From positions 438,624 through 502,623 of the forward strand of contig NMRA01000324.1 of assembly GCA_002633005.1 (NCBI GenBank): DNA of 64,000 bases, read 5' to 3'. Position 1 is the stretch's first letter. Each line of letters begins with the position of its first letter. Shown in pieces: positions 50,213 to 61,954 of the stretch. The notes beneath the pieces were generated by a model. The model was not told the DNA's origin, searched no databases, and saw only the letters and a list, made by a program, of their open reading frames with translations. Source of the DNA: Phoronis australis. Its lineage: Eukaryota; Animalia; Phoronida. Position numbers and translations under genes: made by a program.

Positions 50213-52301
50213 CAGGTACCTAAACTACACGGTCAACGGACTCATAAACACGGCCCACGGACGCATAAACACGACTCACGGACCTGCAAACACCGTCCAC
50301 TGACTCACAAACACGGGAACAGACTCACAAAACACGATCCACGCACCCAAATACGCGAGACTCGGACTCATATTCACGAGGAATCACGGTTAAAGGCGAA
50401 TGCCACCCGATTTAATTAGTCTTTTTTACCGTCTTAATCGGTCTATATCTACATCGCCTCTTCTACGGTAGACCTCACCTTCCCGAAAATTGTCGTGTTA
50501 ACCTGTGAGAAAGGTGAAAAACGACGCAGCGACGTCAGTGGTTCGTCTGCAGAGTGAATGCCGCTATATTGCGGTCCATCGTGCCCGCTTGTCCGAACTA
50601 TATAAGGCTGCGACGAAAGCGGGTATGTCGTTTTTTCGACTTCCTCGAGAGCCCGAAATGCTTAGGAAGTGGCTCGCGGTAGTGAAGACTGAAGGGTACG
50701 CTGTTTATAGCAAGTATGAGGCCATGAATCATCTCTGTGTCTGTGGCCGGCATTTCGTTGACAAGGATTTCTCTGACGAATTCCGGCTTACCAAACAATT
50801 AGCCATCCGTTCCGTTGCCTTTGCATCAGTGTTCGCGGCGCCTCGTCTTTCTTGATCAGTGTATTCCGGTTCAAACTGATGTTCTGTGAAACCTAACGAT
50901 CCTACCCGTGAAGTCTTCGTCGGATGAGCTCTTGACTAAGTCGGGATTGGCGCCGGGCGAGTTGTCATGTAGACTTTTTTTATTCTGCGTTCTGTTTCAA
51001 AATGAATTATTCTCATTCTAACCAATGCTTATATAAAACCGAAACAAAGTCTGTCTCATTAGATACGATTTGTAATGTCTTTGAGTGCTCGTGAGTGCAA
51101 ATGTTTTGAGAAGCCAGCAATGAATAAACCACAAAGGTAATTGGGGCACCGAGCGCATGCTAATTCAGCAATGGCTGACAGAAAGCTGTTGTGAAACAAT
51201 TACTCGATTTTACATGATATGGTAACATGTTAGGGGAATCTTTATTTAGAAATACAAATACATTCTTCAAATCATTGTTTTGTACAACCTTTGCCCTGGC
51301 GGTTCTGTGGAAGTGTAACCCGACTTCGCGGCCCCCCGACAAGTAAGTAGATTTTCAGTTTCGTGGCTAGTTCACATAAACCATTACATACACATTATTC
51401 CTTCGGCTCACTTTTATAGTCTTTTCGTGACTGGAGGTTTAGTTTCCAACTCAAGCTGGTTTATGTTCGTGCCATTCCCGGCGGCCGCGACGGGCCTCAT
51501 CCGGGTCCGAGCCACTGGCCGGGATAACAAGACTTTTGTGTGTTTAGAACTAAAAAAATCACAAGTATTAACAATACAGATCTAGGTTCTCTTGTCTGTA
51601 TTCCACGGAAGAATATTTGAATTTATCTCCGAAAAGACCCCAAACTCCCGGCTGCTACGGGCCTTGGTTAATTGGCTTGCCGAACTTTGTAGGCTACGGT
51701 GTGTCCAAATACCAGTAAATGCGTAACAGCGAAACAAAACAACACGTTTTTATAAGAACTCGGTGTATTTTTAAGTGTTTTGCATCGAATTTTGATGATT
51801 TATTGGTGTTAAACCATGAATACAAGTAAGAAGCCGACACCACTAACCCGTGTTTTGAACTGCTGAACAGACTGCGTGTGAAACCAATTACGTCATTGGA
51901 TAATTTCAACACCTCCGTCTGCCGTCAGGTGTCAGGTAGTGCAACCGAACGTGCCGTTTTCGAGTAGAACTACTCGATCTAATTTGATACAAAATAGGTT
52001 GTTTTTGGGTGGCATTCTCCTCTTCTTTAACGGACCGCCAAACACGGGTCACATACTTCCCAGCTTCCTGGGTCAGCTGACGTCACCATTTTGTCCGTAA
52101 ATCGTGTTTGGCGGTCCGTTAACTGTGTTTCCTCGTGAATATGAGTCCCATGTCTCGTGTATTTGGGTGCGTGGATCGTGTTTTGTGAGTCCGTTCCCGT
52201 GTTTGTGTGTCAGTGGACGGTGTTTGCAGGTCTGTGAGTCGTGTTCCTGCGTCCGTGGGCCGTGTTTATTGGTCCGTTAACCGTGTAGTTTAGGTACCTT
52301 G
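50213..52301. mobile_element. Foldback-type MITE with ~200 bp TIRs built of ~21-bp AAACACG..ACGGACTCA units, interrupted by a Kolobok-like element
   Basis: AGGTACCTAAACTACACGG at 50214 and its reverse complement ending at 52299. The left arm resumes at 52027 after the insert. Probable TA TSD. Confidence 0.85.
50394..52021 (+). mobile_element. Non-autonomous Kolobok-like transposon with a THAP zinc-finger remnant
   Basis: TTAA|AGGCGAATGCCACCC ... GGGTGGCATTCTCCT|cttctTTAA. THAP-like SFFRLPREPEMLRKWLAVV...VCGRHFVDKDF at about 50620-50775. Confidence 0.78.
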
Positions 52302-52389
52302 TACATGCATCTTGCAGATTATGCATTTCGTGTTGGAATGGTATATAGTGTCTTTCAGGATTTTTTATTATGAATAACTAACTGGAAAA

Positions 52390-52610
52390 TGTATAGTGGT
52401 GTCTGTGCGTACTCCAAGATACTAACCAGGCGCTGTTTTATTTCAGAGATTGAGATCAAGGAGCAAAGTAAGGGTAATACAAGCTTTATAGTGAAAGAGA
52501 CAGGCAGCTGGTTCCGAAGCGCTGGCGACACGGAGGCAGGACGAAGACCGTGTGAAGCTGTCACTGTCGCCGCCCATTCCACTAACGAGCCCGAGACAGT
52601 TTTGGAAGAA
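52390..52610 (-). mobile_element. Probable 3' part of a solo LTR
   Basis: Minus strand shows TATAAA, then AATAAA, and ends ...CACCACTATACA. No partner LTR or TSD seen. Confidence 0.35.
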
Positions 52611-52613
52611 ATT

Positions 52614-52788
52614 ATTTAAGTATTAAATTATTTTATGTAAGCTATACTGCTTCGTCCTCATTATCATATTGTTTGGATTCTCGGGTCAGTGACCCTCTTT
52701 GTTCTACGATTATTGGTTTAATTGTACCACGTGATCTCATCGTCCACAATTCTCTTCCAAATTTCAGTTTGCACTCAATTTCTCTTTG
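52614..52788 (+). repeat. Direct repeat, left copy, bounding the SGNH-YR module
   Basis: Aligns with 56803-57000 (ATTTAAGTATT...CTCAATTTCTCTTT), apart from one ~20 bp indel. Confidence 0.9.
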
Positions 52789-52862
52789 AAGTTTCAGCAC
52801 TCTCCGTCTCTTCACCTCTTTAAGGTATTGTACCTTGTTTGCTGCTTCGTTCTGGACTAAAC

Positions 52863-53466
52863 ATGCCCCCTAGTTGTTTGATTTTGGGCAGTTCTTATGT
52901 GCGTTGGCTCGACGCCTATCTTAATTCGCCTGCGGCGACCGACCAGGGTTTGACCAATCTGGGTTTCCACGAGTCCTCTATCCATCAACTCCTTTGGGTT
53001 GTCCGGGGCCACACTTGCCCCTGGCCCTCGTTCCGTTCGCCATTTAACCCCAGTCATCGCCAAATTCTCGGCCACTTTAGTGTTCCTACAGATCGCCGGA
53101 AACGACCTGTCTCGTCCCCAGTCTCACTCTTTGTCCCTGGCCCGTGACCTAATTTGGTTTTCTGAGTCTATCCTCCAGTCTTACCCTTCTGTGCAGTCGG
53201 TCATCATCGGCATGGTGCTCCTCCGTTTCCACGATGCTGGCCGTTTTAATACGCGTTGCCAGTCCCTTAATTTTCACCTCAAACGCCTCCTCCCCGACCA
53301 CCCCACAGTCTTCCTTTGGACCCATAAGGGCAGGTTCTTGAAAGACTCTTTACACCTTTATCCCCCCGACCTCATTCACCTTAAACCTTCAGGCATCCGC
53401 AAGCAAGCTCTCAGCGTCCGCTTCGCTTTCGGACATCACCTCCGCCGCCTGGGTCTCCTCTCGTAA
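52863..53466 (+). pseudogene. SGNH/GDSL hydrolase of the type carried by Ngaro/DIRS-like elements; one frameshift near 52995
   Basis: Blocks ILGSSYVRWL, SGA, VFLQIAGNDL, FN.....LN and DLIHLKPSG; C/T-rich strand bias shared with the YR gene. Confidence 0.82.
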
Positions 53467-53615
53467 TTGTCCCTTATCTCATAGCCCCAGTTACCGAGTT
53501 ACTCCCTTGTGTATTTTCAGTATGCAAGTTCTTATCTTATTGCCCCATTCCTCGGCCCCGTTTCACATCATCTTCTTTCATTATTCAGCTTATGCATTAC
53601 TAATTTCAGGTGCGA

Positions 53616-55258
53616 CTATCCGGTAACCCACTGGGTGTTTACTTCAGTTTACTACAGTACAGCCACTGAATTATTAGACTCTCTCCGGTGTCTCTTCGGT
53701 CTAGCAACCCGTGACCGTAACCGGAGACAGACCGGAGAGTGAGGCGTGAATCAACCGTGACAGCTGGCGTGAGCCTAAGCGTGACTGTATTCTGAGCTTA
53801 CCGTGAGTTAGGCGTGAGTTTACCTGCTTCGCAGATGATAAAGTAATATATTAAAATTACATCAGTAGCTAGCAGTGATGTCTATTCACATAGACTTTTG
53901 CTCATGCGAGGTTTATTTTTTTGAAATAGTCATGTGCAGTAAAAGACCAAAATTCCCGTCTCAAATCTTAAGTCACTTCAGAGAACAGACCTGTGGGCTT
54001 TACTTTTCACTTATATATAATGACTTATTTTTGATATAAACTAATAAAGAATCTTAATACGCGTGTACACGGCGGGGTTATTCAATTGATTTCACGATAT
54101 GAAGGAGCATAGCCTGTCAATTCTGAGCATATTGATCCCAAGATCCAGCATCATGCTGACAAAACTAATCGCACCCATGCATTTGATGACCGCTATTATG
54201 ATTTTAGTGAAGACGTACACCGGGGATACTGTGTACTCAGCCGAAGCGCATGTACTACGGGGAGGGGGCTATAAATAATTTAACTGCACTACGGATTCAG
54301 GACTTTTAAGTCAAAACATTTGCTTGCAGGAAGGGATGGGTATGTCAGAAGGGCGGCCTATCGAAAATTTCTGTACACCAGTGCGGTGCAAAAATTTACG
54401 GAGTGACACAGTACTTCACGAGATGCGTAGGCAATTTTTAGGGGGAATTCACTATATCTACCTGTGTCAAGTTTCAAGGAGTCCAAAGCCATGTAAAGAT
54501 GACTCTGGGCAAAGGGTCGCGTTTATTCGTATTCACTATCGCGGTTAGTGTACATGTTTGTCGTTGATGGGACTGGCTCTTAAGTCGTAAATTGAACATG
54601 TACATGTAAGTGTAACACAAGACGAGCTTAAGGATGACGTTTTTATGAACAACACGTGGAATTAGTTAGTCGGAACCCAAGTGTGATAGATGACCGCTTG
54701 AAAAGATACTCTATAATATACTATGATGTCTTTGCACCTTGACCGAAACGACAGGAAATCAAGACGTTACATGTATTTTTACTGATTAGCCCGGTGCCCT
54801 ACCATGGTTACCTCAGCTACCGAAGGCGTAAAGAAAGCGTGAGGTAAGCGGGACGTAGGCGCGAAGAAAGCGTGAACGAGAAGTGAGGATAGCGTTAAAT
54901 AAGCCGGAGGTAAGAGTGAGGACTACCCAGAGAGTAGGCGTGAGGCGACCGTGACTGATTTCTGTCACGCCAGTGTTCCAGATGCGCTCCTGTCTGGCCA
55001 GTCGTGAGGTATCTCGGACGAAGTCAAAAAATTCAGTGGCTGTACTGTACGTCCATGCAGTGGCCCCCCTACACGGACTACTCGACCTGGTAGCACATTG
55101 GGTGCCTACTTCAGTTTACCCTTCATACGGCTTGGTCCGGCCATTCCGACCCGTCTATCTGGTAACACCTTGGGTGTTCACTTGAGTTTACACTCCAACA
55201 GTGATCCTCACTTAGACTACTCTATCTGGTAACACCATGGGTGTTTACTTCAGTTTAC
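53616..55258 (+). repeat. Array of four 37-bp hairpin repeats with 30-35 bp spacers (CRISPR-like layout), first spacer interrupted by a MITE
   Basis: Repeats at 53616-53652, 55083-55119, 55155-55191, 55222-55258; consensus CTATCTGGTAACACCNTGGGTGTTTACTTCAGTTTAC. Confidence 0.8.
53655..55047. mobile_element. 1.4 kb non-autonomous TIR element with TA TSD and GCGTGA/CCGTGA subterminal repeats
   Basis: CAGTACAGCCACTGAATT ... AATTCAGTGGCTGTACTG; TA at 53653-53654 and 55048-55049. Confidence 0.9.
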
Positions 55259-55591
55259 AATTCCCTTTCATTTTATTCAGTTATTCCCGCTTGATGCGGC
55301 GTGGTAGATCAACTTATACATGCTTATATTTCTCATTCATAAGTCCTGCACCTTTGGTGTCTACTTTCTCTTTCAGTTCCGTTTACTTTGCCAAGTTATT
55401 CATAGGTCCCCGGTTAACAATGGGTTCGACCATTCAGATATCACTTATTTAATCCTTAGTTCTTAATGTTCGGTGTAATCCATCGTAATTCAACTATCCA
55501 TGTTCTTCTTCTTACCGCTTGGCTCCAGCCAGTACAGTGCTGGCCTGTTGTTTCAGTGTTCCATTTCTGCACCATTTAGTGTTACTTTTCA

Positions 55592-56522
55592 GCATGCAAC
55601 GACAATCAACCCGTAAAACTACTTCGCCTTACCAGTCTCGTGCATCATCTCCCTCCGGGCGTCCCTTGCCCCATCCACCATCTCCACTTACCGCCGCGTC
55701 CTTTCACATTTTCTCCATTACCATTCCTCATCAGCATGCCCCTTGCCTGTTGTTCCTGTCTCCACATCGACCTTAGCTTCTTATATAGCACATCTTTTAT
55801 CGTCTGGCTTAACTGCATCCACCATTTCTACCTATGTCTCCGCCATAGGTTTCATTCATATACTGGATTCCTTGCCTGACCCTATCTCCTCCTTTCTGGT
55901 CAAGAAAATTCTGAAGGGGTGTCCAATTCGCGGCCATTCTTGGACACCCGGCTCCCCATAACTACACCTATTCTTCACCGCCTTCTCAACGCCTTACCCT
56001 CTGCTCTCAACTCTCACTTCCACGCATCTCCCTGTGCTGCTATGTTTTCCAGCGCCTTTCACGCCTTCCTTCGTGTTAGCGAATTTACTGTCGCCAACTC
56101 TGCCTCACCCCAAATTTCTGTACCCCAGGTCTCTGAAGTCTCAGTCACCTCTACGTCCATGTCTCTCACTATCTTCCACTTCAAACACCACGATCACACC
56201 CTTACATTCTCGTTTTCTCCCGTTCTAACTGTCTCCATTGCCCTGTTGCAACCCTTCAACACTACCTCACTCTCTCCAACAACTCTTCCGGCCCTCTCCT
56301 CTAGTTCCCTCACGGTTCCCCGTAACTCGCTCTTATTTCACTCACCACCTTAAATTGGTACTCGGGTGCGTCGATCTCGATCCCGAACGCTATAAATATC
56401 ATAGATTTCGTATTGGTGTAGCCACCTCTGCTGCTACCCTCCAAATTCCAGTCTCCACCATTCAGCGCATGGGTCCCTGGAAGTCTGACGCGCTCAAGAA
56501 CTACATTCGTCTCTCCTCTTAA
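55592..56522 (+). pseudogene. DIRS/Ngaro-type tyrosine recombinase, frameshifted
   Basis: LRASLAPSTISTYRR...LASYIAHL...GLTASTISTYVSAIGFIH...DTRLPIT...AFHAFLRVSEFT...YKYHRFRIGVATSAA...IQRMGPWKSDALKNYIR, containing the catalytic R, HxxR, W and Y positions. Confidence 0.9.
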
Positions 56523-56567
56523 AATTTGCCTGCTGCTAAAATTCCCACTCCTTCGTTGACATGATCA

Positions 56568-56785
56568 TTCACCACCCTGGGGCAGCTCTACAGTCAGTGC
56601 TTCCCCTCCTTACACTGCCTCTTCATCCTGGGGCGACTGTATTGCCAGAGCCCCCCCCCCCACTCACCACTCCCGTTTCATCACGGGGCAACTGTATTGC
56701 CAGTGTCCCGTTCATGGGCACCTGTATTGCCAGTGTCTACTTCACTCACAACATTCATCACCCTAGGGCGCCTGCATTGCCAGTG
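56568..56785 (+). repeat. Five hairpin-forming repeats with variable spacers after the YR stop codon
   Basis: TTCAT..GGGCRMCTGYATTGCCAGTG-like units at about 56568, 56622, 56677, 56711 and 56754 (the first is most diverged). Confidence 0.8.
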
Positions 56786-56802
56786 TCCTACTTCACTCAT
56801 TC

Positions 56803-57000
56803 ATTTAAGTATTATATTATTTTATGTAAGCTATTCTGCTTCGTCCCCATTATCATATTGTTTGGGTTCTCGAGTCAGTGACACTCTGTGTTCTACGATT
56901 ATTGGTTTAATTGTACCACGTGATCTCTTTGTCTCGTCGCAACACTGGGCCATCGTCCACAATTCTCTTCCAAATTTCAGTTTGAACTCAATTTCTCTTT
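56803..57000 (+). repeat. Direct repeat, right copy, bounding the SGNH-YR module
   Basis: Matches 52614-52788. Confidence 0.9.
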
Positions 57001-57529
57001 CCCTCCCACCCGCAAACCAATTTTCCTTACTTCCCTGTTTATCCTTATCTTCCCCATGTCGCTGTCCCGGTGTTGCTGTTATGCTTCCGCATATTATTAC
57101 TTAACTTTCTATTCACCACTTGTGTATACCTTCATTGCTGCTAGGCAGATTGTCACCCACCTTTACAGTTCAACATATTATGTAACTTTTGTAATTACCG
57201 ATATCTGTATTAGTTTAGTTTGTCATAATATATATGACCTTTTATATCATCTACACGTGTTATTTCACTGTAAACTAGCTTCGGTATCGCTTCACCGTTA
57301 GCGCATATAAAAGTAATTAGTTGCTTAGTTTTGATGTAGATAATTTATGGGGTTTCTGTAAGTATTTTACCTTAGCACGTTTCATAGTAACGACAGTATT
57401 AAAGAACAAGAGGTTTTTCTTCTTTTAAGTCAGAACAGCACATGGAATAGGATTGAAATGACCAACAAATCGTACAGTTTTTGGAGTTAAAAACCTGAAG
57501 CATTGAAAACAAACCGGTTATTTCGTTAT

Positions 57530-57830
57530 ACCCACAAATAGTAATATTCCTCTATCGGGCCTGTGAAGGCAACATTAATGGTCCTATGCTGGCAATAAAC
57601 TGGCCCACAACTGCACTAACGCCAGTGTAATTAGTATACTGGTTTAATAATAGCCCACCAATGGCCCTGTACATGGCCAACAGAGTCTGTCAATACTGGG
57701 CAGAAACCGGTCTCGGTGTATTGGATTAGTAATGGCCTAGTACTGGCTCTGTACTGGCCCGATATGGCAATCTTATACCGGCCCAATACCAAGCAGGTGT
57801 GCGAAATGTTATTGGGCCAGTACTGGTCTA
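57530..57830. repeat. Decayed TIR-element end with (ACT)GGCCC subterminal repeats
   Basis: Clustered TACTGGC/GGCCC motifs; no clear TSD. Confidence 0.35.
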
Positions 57831-59361
57831 CACCGTCGAGCCAATGCAGAACATGGCAAAATGAGTACGTGCTTGCATTTCTAAAAGAATACGAAGTAGG
57901 AATGTTTATGAATTATCAACCACGATACATTCATCAATCTAATGTCAAGATTGCATCATATTACAGCGCTACAGAAAAGTTTAGGGCCGCTGCGCTGCAG
58001 CCTCACCCACCGGAACTACTCGCACGACCGGGTTGAAACTGAATGCAGTTAATAGGTTACCCTGTCCATTCCAAACTTCACGAAATCTCATTCAGTCTTC
58101 TTAAATTTAAAACCGCCGTTAGTCGCCACATCTCTGACCCGTGCTCAAGATGTTGTCACTGATTGAGAATGAGTCTTCAATTACATTTAATAATAACTAC
58201 TGCAAGTGATTGTAACTGAGTTCTTTCGTTAACAATGTAAATCAAGTTTTTGGGACTATTTAACTCTTGCACACCCTTGGATAGGTTACTAAATGGTCAC
58301 AAACACAACATTTTATTCACGTCAGTTCTGAATCATTAGTAGAAAATCAGAGTAATGAACTGTCGGAGTTGATCTGGTATCGTAATTGCGGACATTGAGT
58401 AGCGAACTTCCGAAAGTAGCAAACCTTCAGAGTAGTGGACCTTCCATTTAACCTTCTTGGAAATATTTTCAATCAAGGTTGTTGTTCGTATGATATATGT
58501 GAAGCAGTGCACCATTGACATTGATCGACAACGTAAGACTTTGTTCATTGATCAAAGTTTTAATTAGGTCTCGACATGCCTAATATTGTGAACATTCGGG
58601 GATTTCTCAGTGCAGAAAACGTGGTAGCTAAATGTCAGATTTTTGAGAAGCGACAGAGTAGCCAGTGAATTATCGTCGGCGTGTACTGAATTAAAAAGAA
58701 CGGAAACGCAAACACGTGTACCCGCATTCATGTCAATTCACTAATCCACAATCAAAGTAGACACTTGATGAACAAGACATTTGACGATCACTTTCAATTC
58801 GACATTTGAAAATCACACGGCACTAATTTTGGGGAGCTCTCTCAATGCCATATGGTTTGGGTTGCGAATAGACATTTACTTCCTCGCTGGTACCGTACGT
58901 GCCCAGCCAGCACGCAGATATCACGCGGTGGTACGCGCTTTAGCATTGGTTGAAGTAAACTCAGCAACCATTGGTTAGCTTTACAACACCGTGACAAAAC
59001 GGCGGACTGTGAACGATTTTTAGACTTGTCATGCAAGTGGCGTCGCAGAAACTATTTCTTTTCAGCAGTAATTTTTAATAGCCTCGTGCTTGAAGAACGT
59101 ATATGTACAATAAACACGTATCTGGCCGATTTAACTGGTGTGTATTTCACACTGTATAAATGCAGGACAGTATCGTAAATAAATATCCTCGACAGTAGAA
59201 AGATCCACTCCAAAAAGGCGCAACCACTATTTCTAGAATTTACATTTTCTGAACATGAATTTTGAGCACCGATTTGTATGTACAACAGACCACTTCTAAA
59301 CTTCAGTCCATCAGTTATGCCAGTTTGTTTGCATAAAGCGCTGCCTGTTGAGAATTCAACT

Positions 59362-59594
59362 CAGTGGCAGATCTACGATTTCAGTAAGGGGGGGGTTAGG
59401 ATTCGAAACAATCCGAGGCGCGTAGCGCCGAGGAGAAGGAAGGTCGCGAGAGGGTTTCCCTCCTCCCGTGTAAGATTTTTTGGGATTTTTAGTAGCTAAT
59501 TTCGTTTTTCTGGCGATTTTTTTCCAGTTTTTATTTTTGATCCTGTCCCGAGGGGGGGTTTAAACCCCCTGAACCCCCTGTAGTTCCGCCTCTG
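59362..59594. mobile_element. hAT-like MITE, same family as 43910-44122
   Basis: CAGTGGCAGATCTAC ... GTAGTTCCGCCTCTG. Confidence 0.75.
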
Positions 59595-61954
59595 CAACTA
59601 TCCAGTCAGAAACGCTGGTGTATTAAATTTCCCGAGGAAAATTAAGTGATATCTGCGTGCTGGCCACCGACCACACTGCGGCACGCAGGGAACAACTGAG
59701 CATTTATTTCTAGACTTCCGTGTTACCCAAGGTGTAGAGACCACGCGCTTTCAATGCCGAAGAAGCCTCTTCTAATCGTCATCTACGCAGTCACCACTAG
59801 GGCCGGATACGACCCGAGGATTATGGGAAGCGCTTTACATCTTAAGCAAATTCAAAATTAATATCAACTTCCTTATGATTGTAGTCAGTAAAAGTAGTAG
59901 CTAAAACAAGTTTGTTGCCCATCTAAGACATATCTCATCCTATCGAATAGGCTAAAGCTGGACCTTTTCCCCGGAGGGGGATTGGTCGAACCTCCCTCCC
60001 GAACCTCCCCCTACCCCGGCTACGGGCGTGCAACCAGATGTAAGCAGGTTACTGGCAACTAAGAGCAACTAACAGAAACTGATCAATTTGGGAAATCGGC
60101 ATCATGCTGGCACCATAATGCAGGCACAGGACTGCTACAAATGTGGTTTTGGCTCAGGAACGGCAAACCTACAAAAAGTGGTACTCACTTGTCAGTACTG
60201 ACCCGATGCAAGTCTGGTACCAGCCCGGTATCGGATAGCGTGTACCCGTTAAAACTATTACAATTTTTTTCAATACGTGTACCGGCCCGGTATCAGCATG
60301 TTTTCTGGGACTTAACAGATTCCAGACATTTTTTGCACTGGTCCGATATTGGAGCCGGCACCAGACCAGCACCGGCCCAGAAACAAGCCATTACAATGGG
60401 GCTATTCGGAAAATCTGCAATAACTAGAGGGCGTGCGTGTACTAGTGGTGATAGATTAACAGCCTAGATTTCGCGAGCCCTTTAAATACATGGTGAAATG
60501 GCTTGCCACCGTGTCAACTGAATCTGAGATTGCGTAAAAAGGGTGCTTCTATGAGAGGACGTAAGCACGACCTCATACAAAGGTAAGGTTTGTGATTATT
60601 TTAACGATTATTCCATGATTATTCTACCGATGTCCGTTAACTGAGGCACTCGCCGATGTCGACTTCGCGGCTGTCAGTCGCCAGCCAGAGTCTGGTTAAT
60701 CTTTGTATGCTGTGATATGTGATACGATACTCGACGTAGCAATCGGGATCTTTTCGTACATCAAAGCATTAGTATTGTTTGGAATGATTTCTAAAAGTTT
60801 ATCAGTGACAGTTACATCAATCAATGCTGAATGTTTATGCTGTGAACTCGATACAGGTTAATGAGTTAAGATTACAATCCAATCCCAATGGTAAAGGGTA
60901 CGTGAGTGATAAATATCCATTGCATTAGACTATTTGTTTACTCCCTATCATATGTCTTATGGAAATCTATTACACGTTGAAATGGAAATCTATCACGTCA
61001 GTTTTCACGTAACATTTGTTTTTTTAGGTTTGAAGGCTTGTACCGTGCAGATGAGATATGCATCGCTTCTGCACCGTCCCTGAATGGACAAAAAATGTTT
61101 TTTTGCATTTGACTGCAGCTAACCAACAAGATCTTCCCATCCAGTGCAGATCTGTTGTCAAAGCCTACTTTCAATATTGGAGACAACGAACAAAGCCTTT
61201 GAAAAGGAACAGCTATTTTTAAAGTCATTTTGTTAAATTACTTATTCAGGTCCCGAGGGGGGATTGGCATGGGGGTTGTAATATTTGGTACAACTGAATG
61301 TGTGGAAATAACTGGTAATACATGTTTGGGGAAAAGAGCATGGTGAGGTAATTCTTAACCATCACGAAGTCCCTTCAAGTTGATTTCGTGAAACTGTTTT
61401 GCTACTTGTATCAATTGTAATACCACGAAAATATATTACATTTTCCGAATTCACAGTGACTGAATAATCTTAACTCATGCCTTGAAATGTTGCAAGTCGT
61501 TATAAATTCAAATGACTGCCATTTTTGGGAAAATTGCATGTTTGATGGTGCCTTACGATTTGCAATTACTCTTAAACAACAGAAAGATTGTCCATCATTT
61601 TTAAATGACCCAAGTCTTCATATCTTCTATTAGAAGAAAAAAGGTTCCCTCAACCTTAGGCTTGAAGTATGCTTGACAGACCCATGAACCTGTAATCTGA
61701 GTTTAAAATTGCTGAAAGTATCATAATTAAAAATGCTTGAAAATGTGCAACAAAGGTTTGAAGTTCTCTCAAAAAAGCTTGTATATTTTACAGACAAGTT
61801 ATGCGTTTAAAGAATTGTTATGGCTAGAGATAAAAAATAAAGACCCTTGGTTTCTGAAAATAGTAGTTATTTACTTTTATGTGAAACTGTAGACCAATCA
61901 CCGTATATTTTTGAAAAACAGGGATAACATTTTTGATCCAACCTGGAGTACTTA

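Noticed and set aside
53616-55258. Calling the array a bona fide CRISPR locus
   Set aside because: Eukaryotic TE context, no cas genes, only four imperfect repeats, and spacers 1 and 3 are related. Kept as a structured repeat array.
60541-60582. GCFYER/HDLIQR snippet before a GTAAGG donor, resembling the start of a WSC domain
   Set aside because: Needs a frameshift, is very short and has no acceptor; could be chance.
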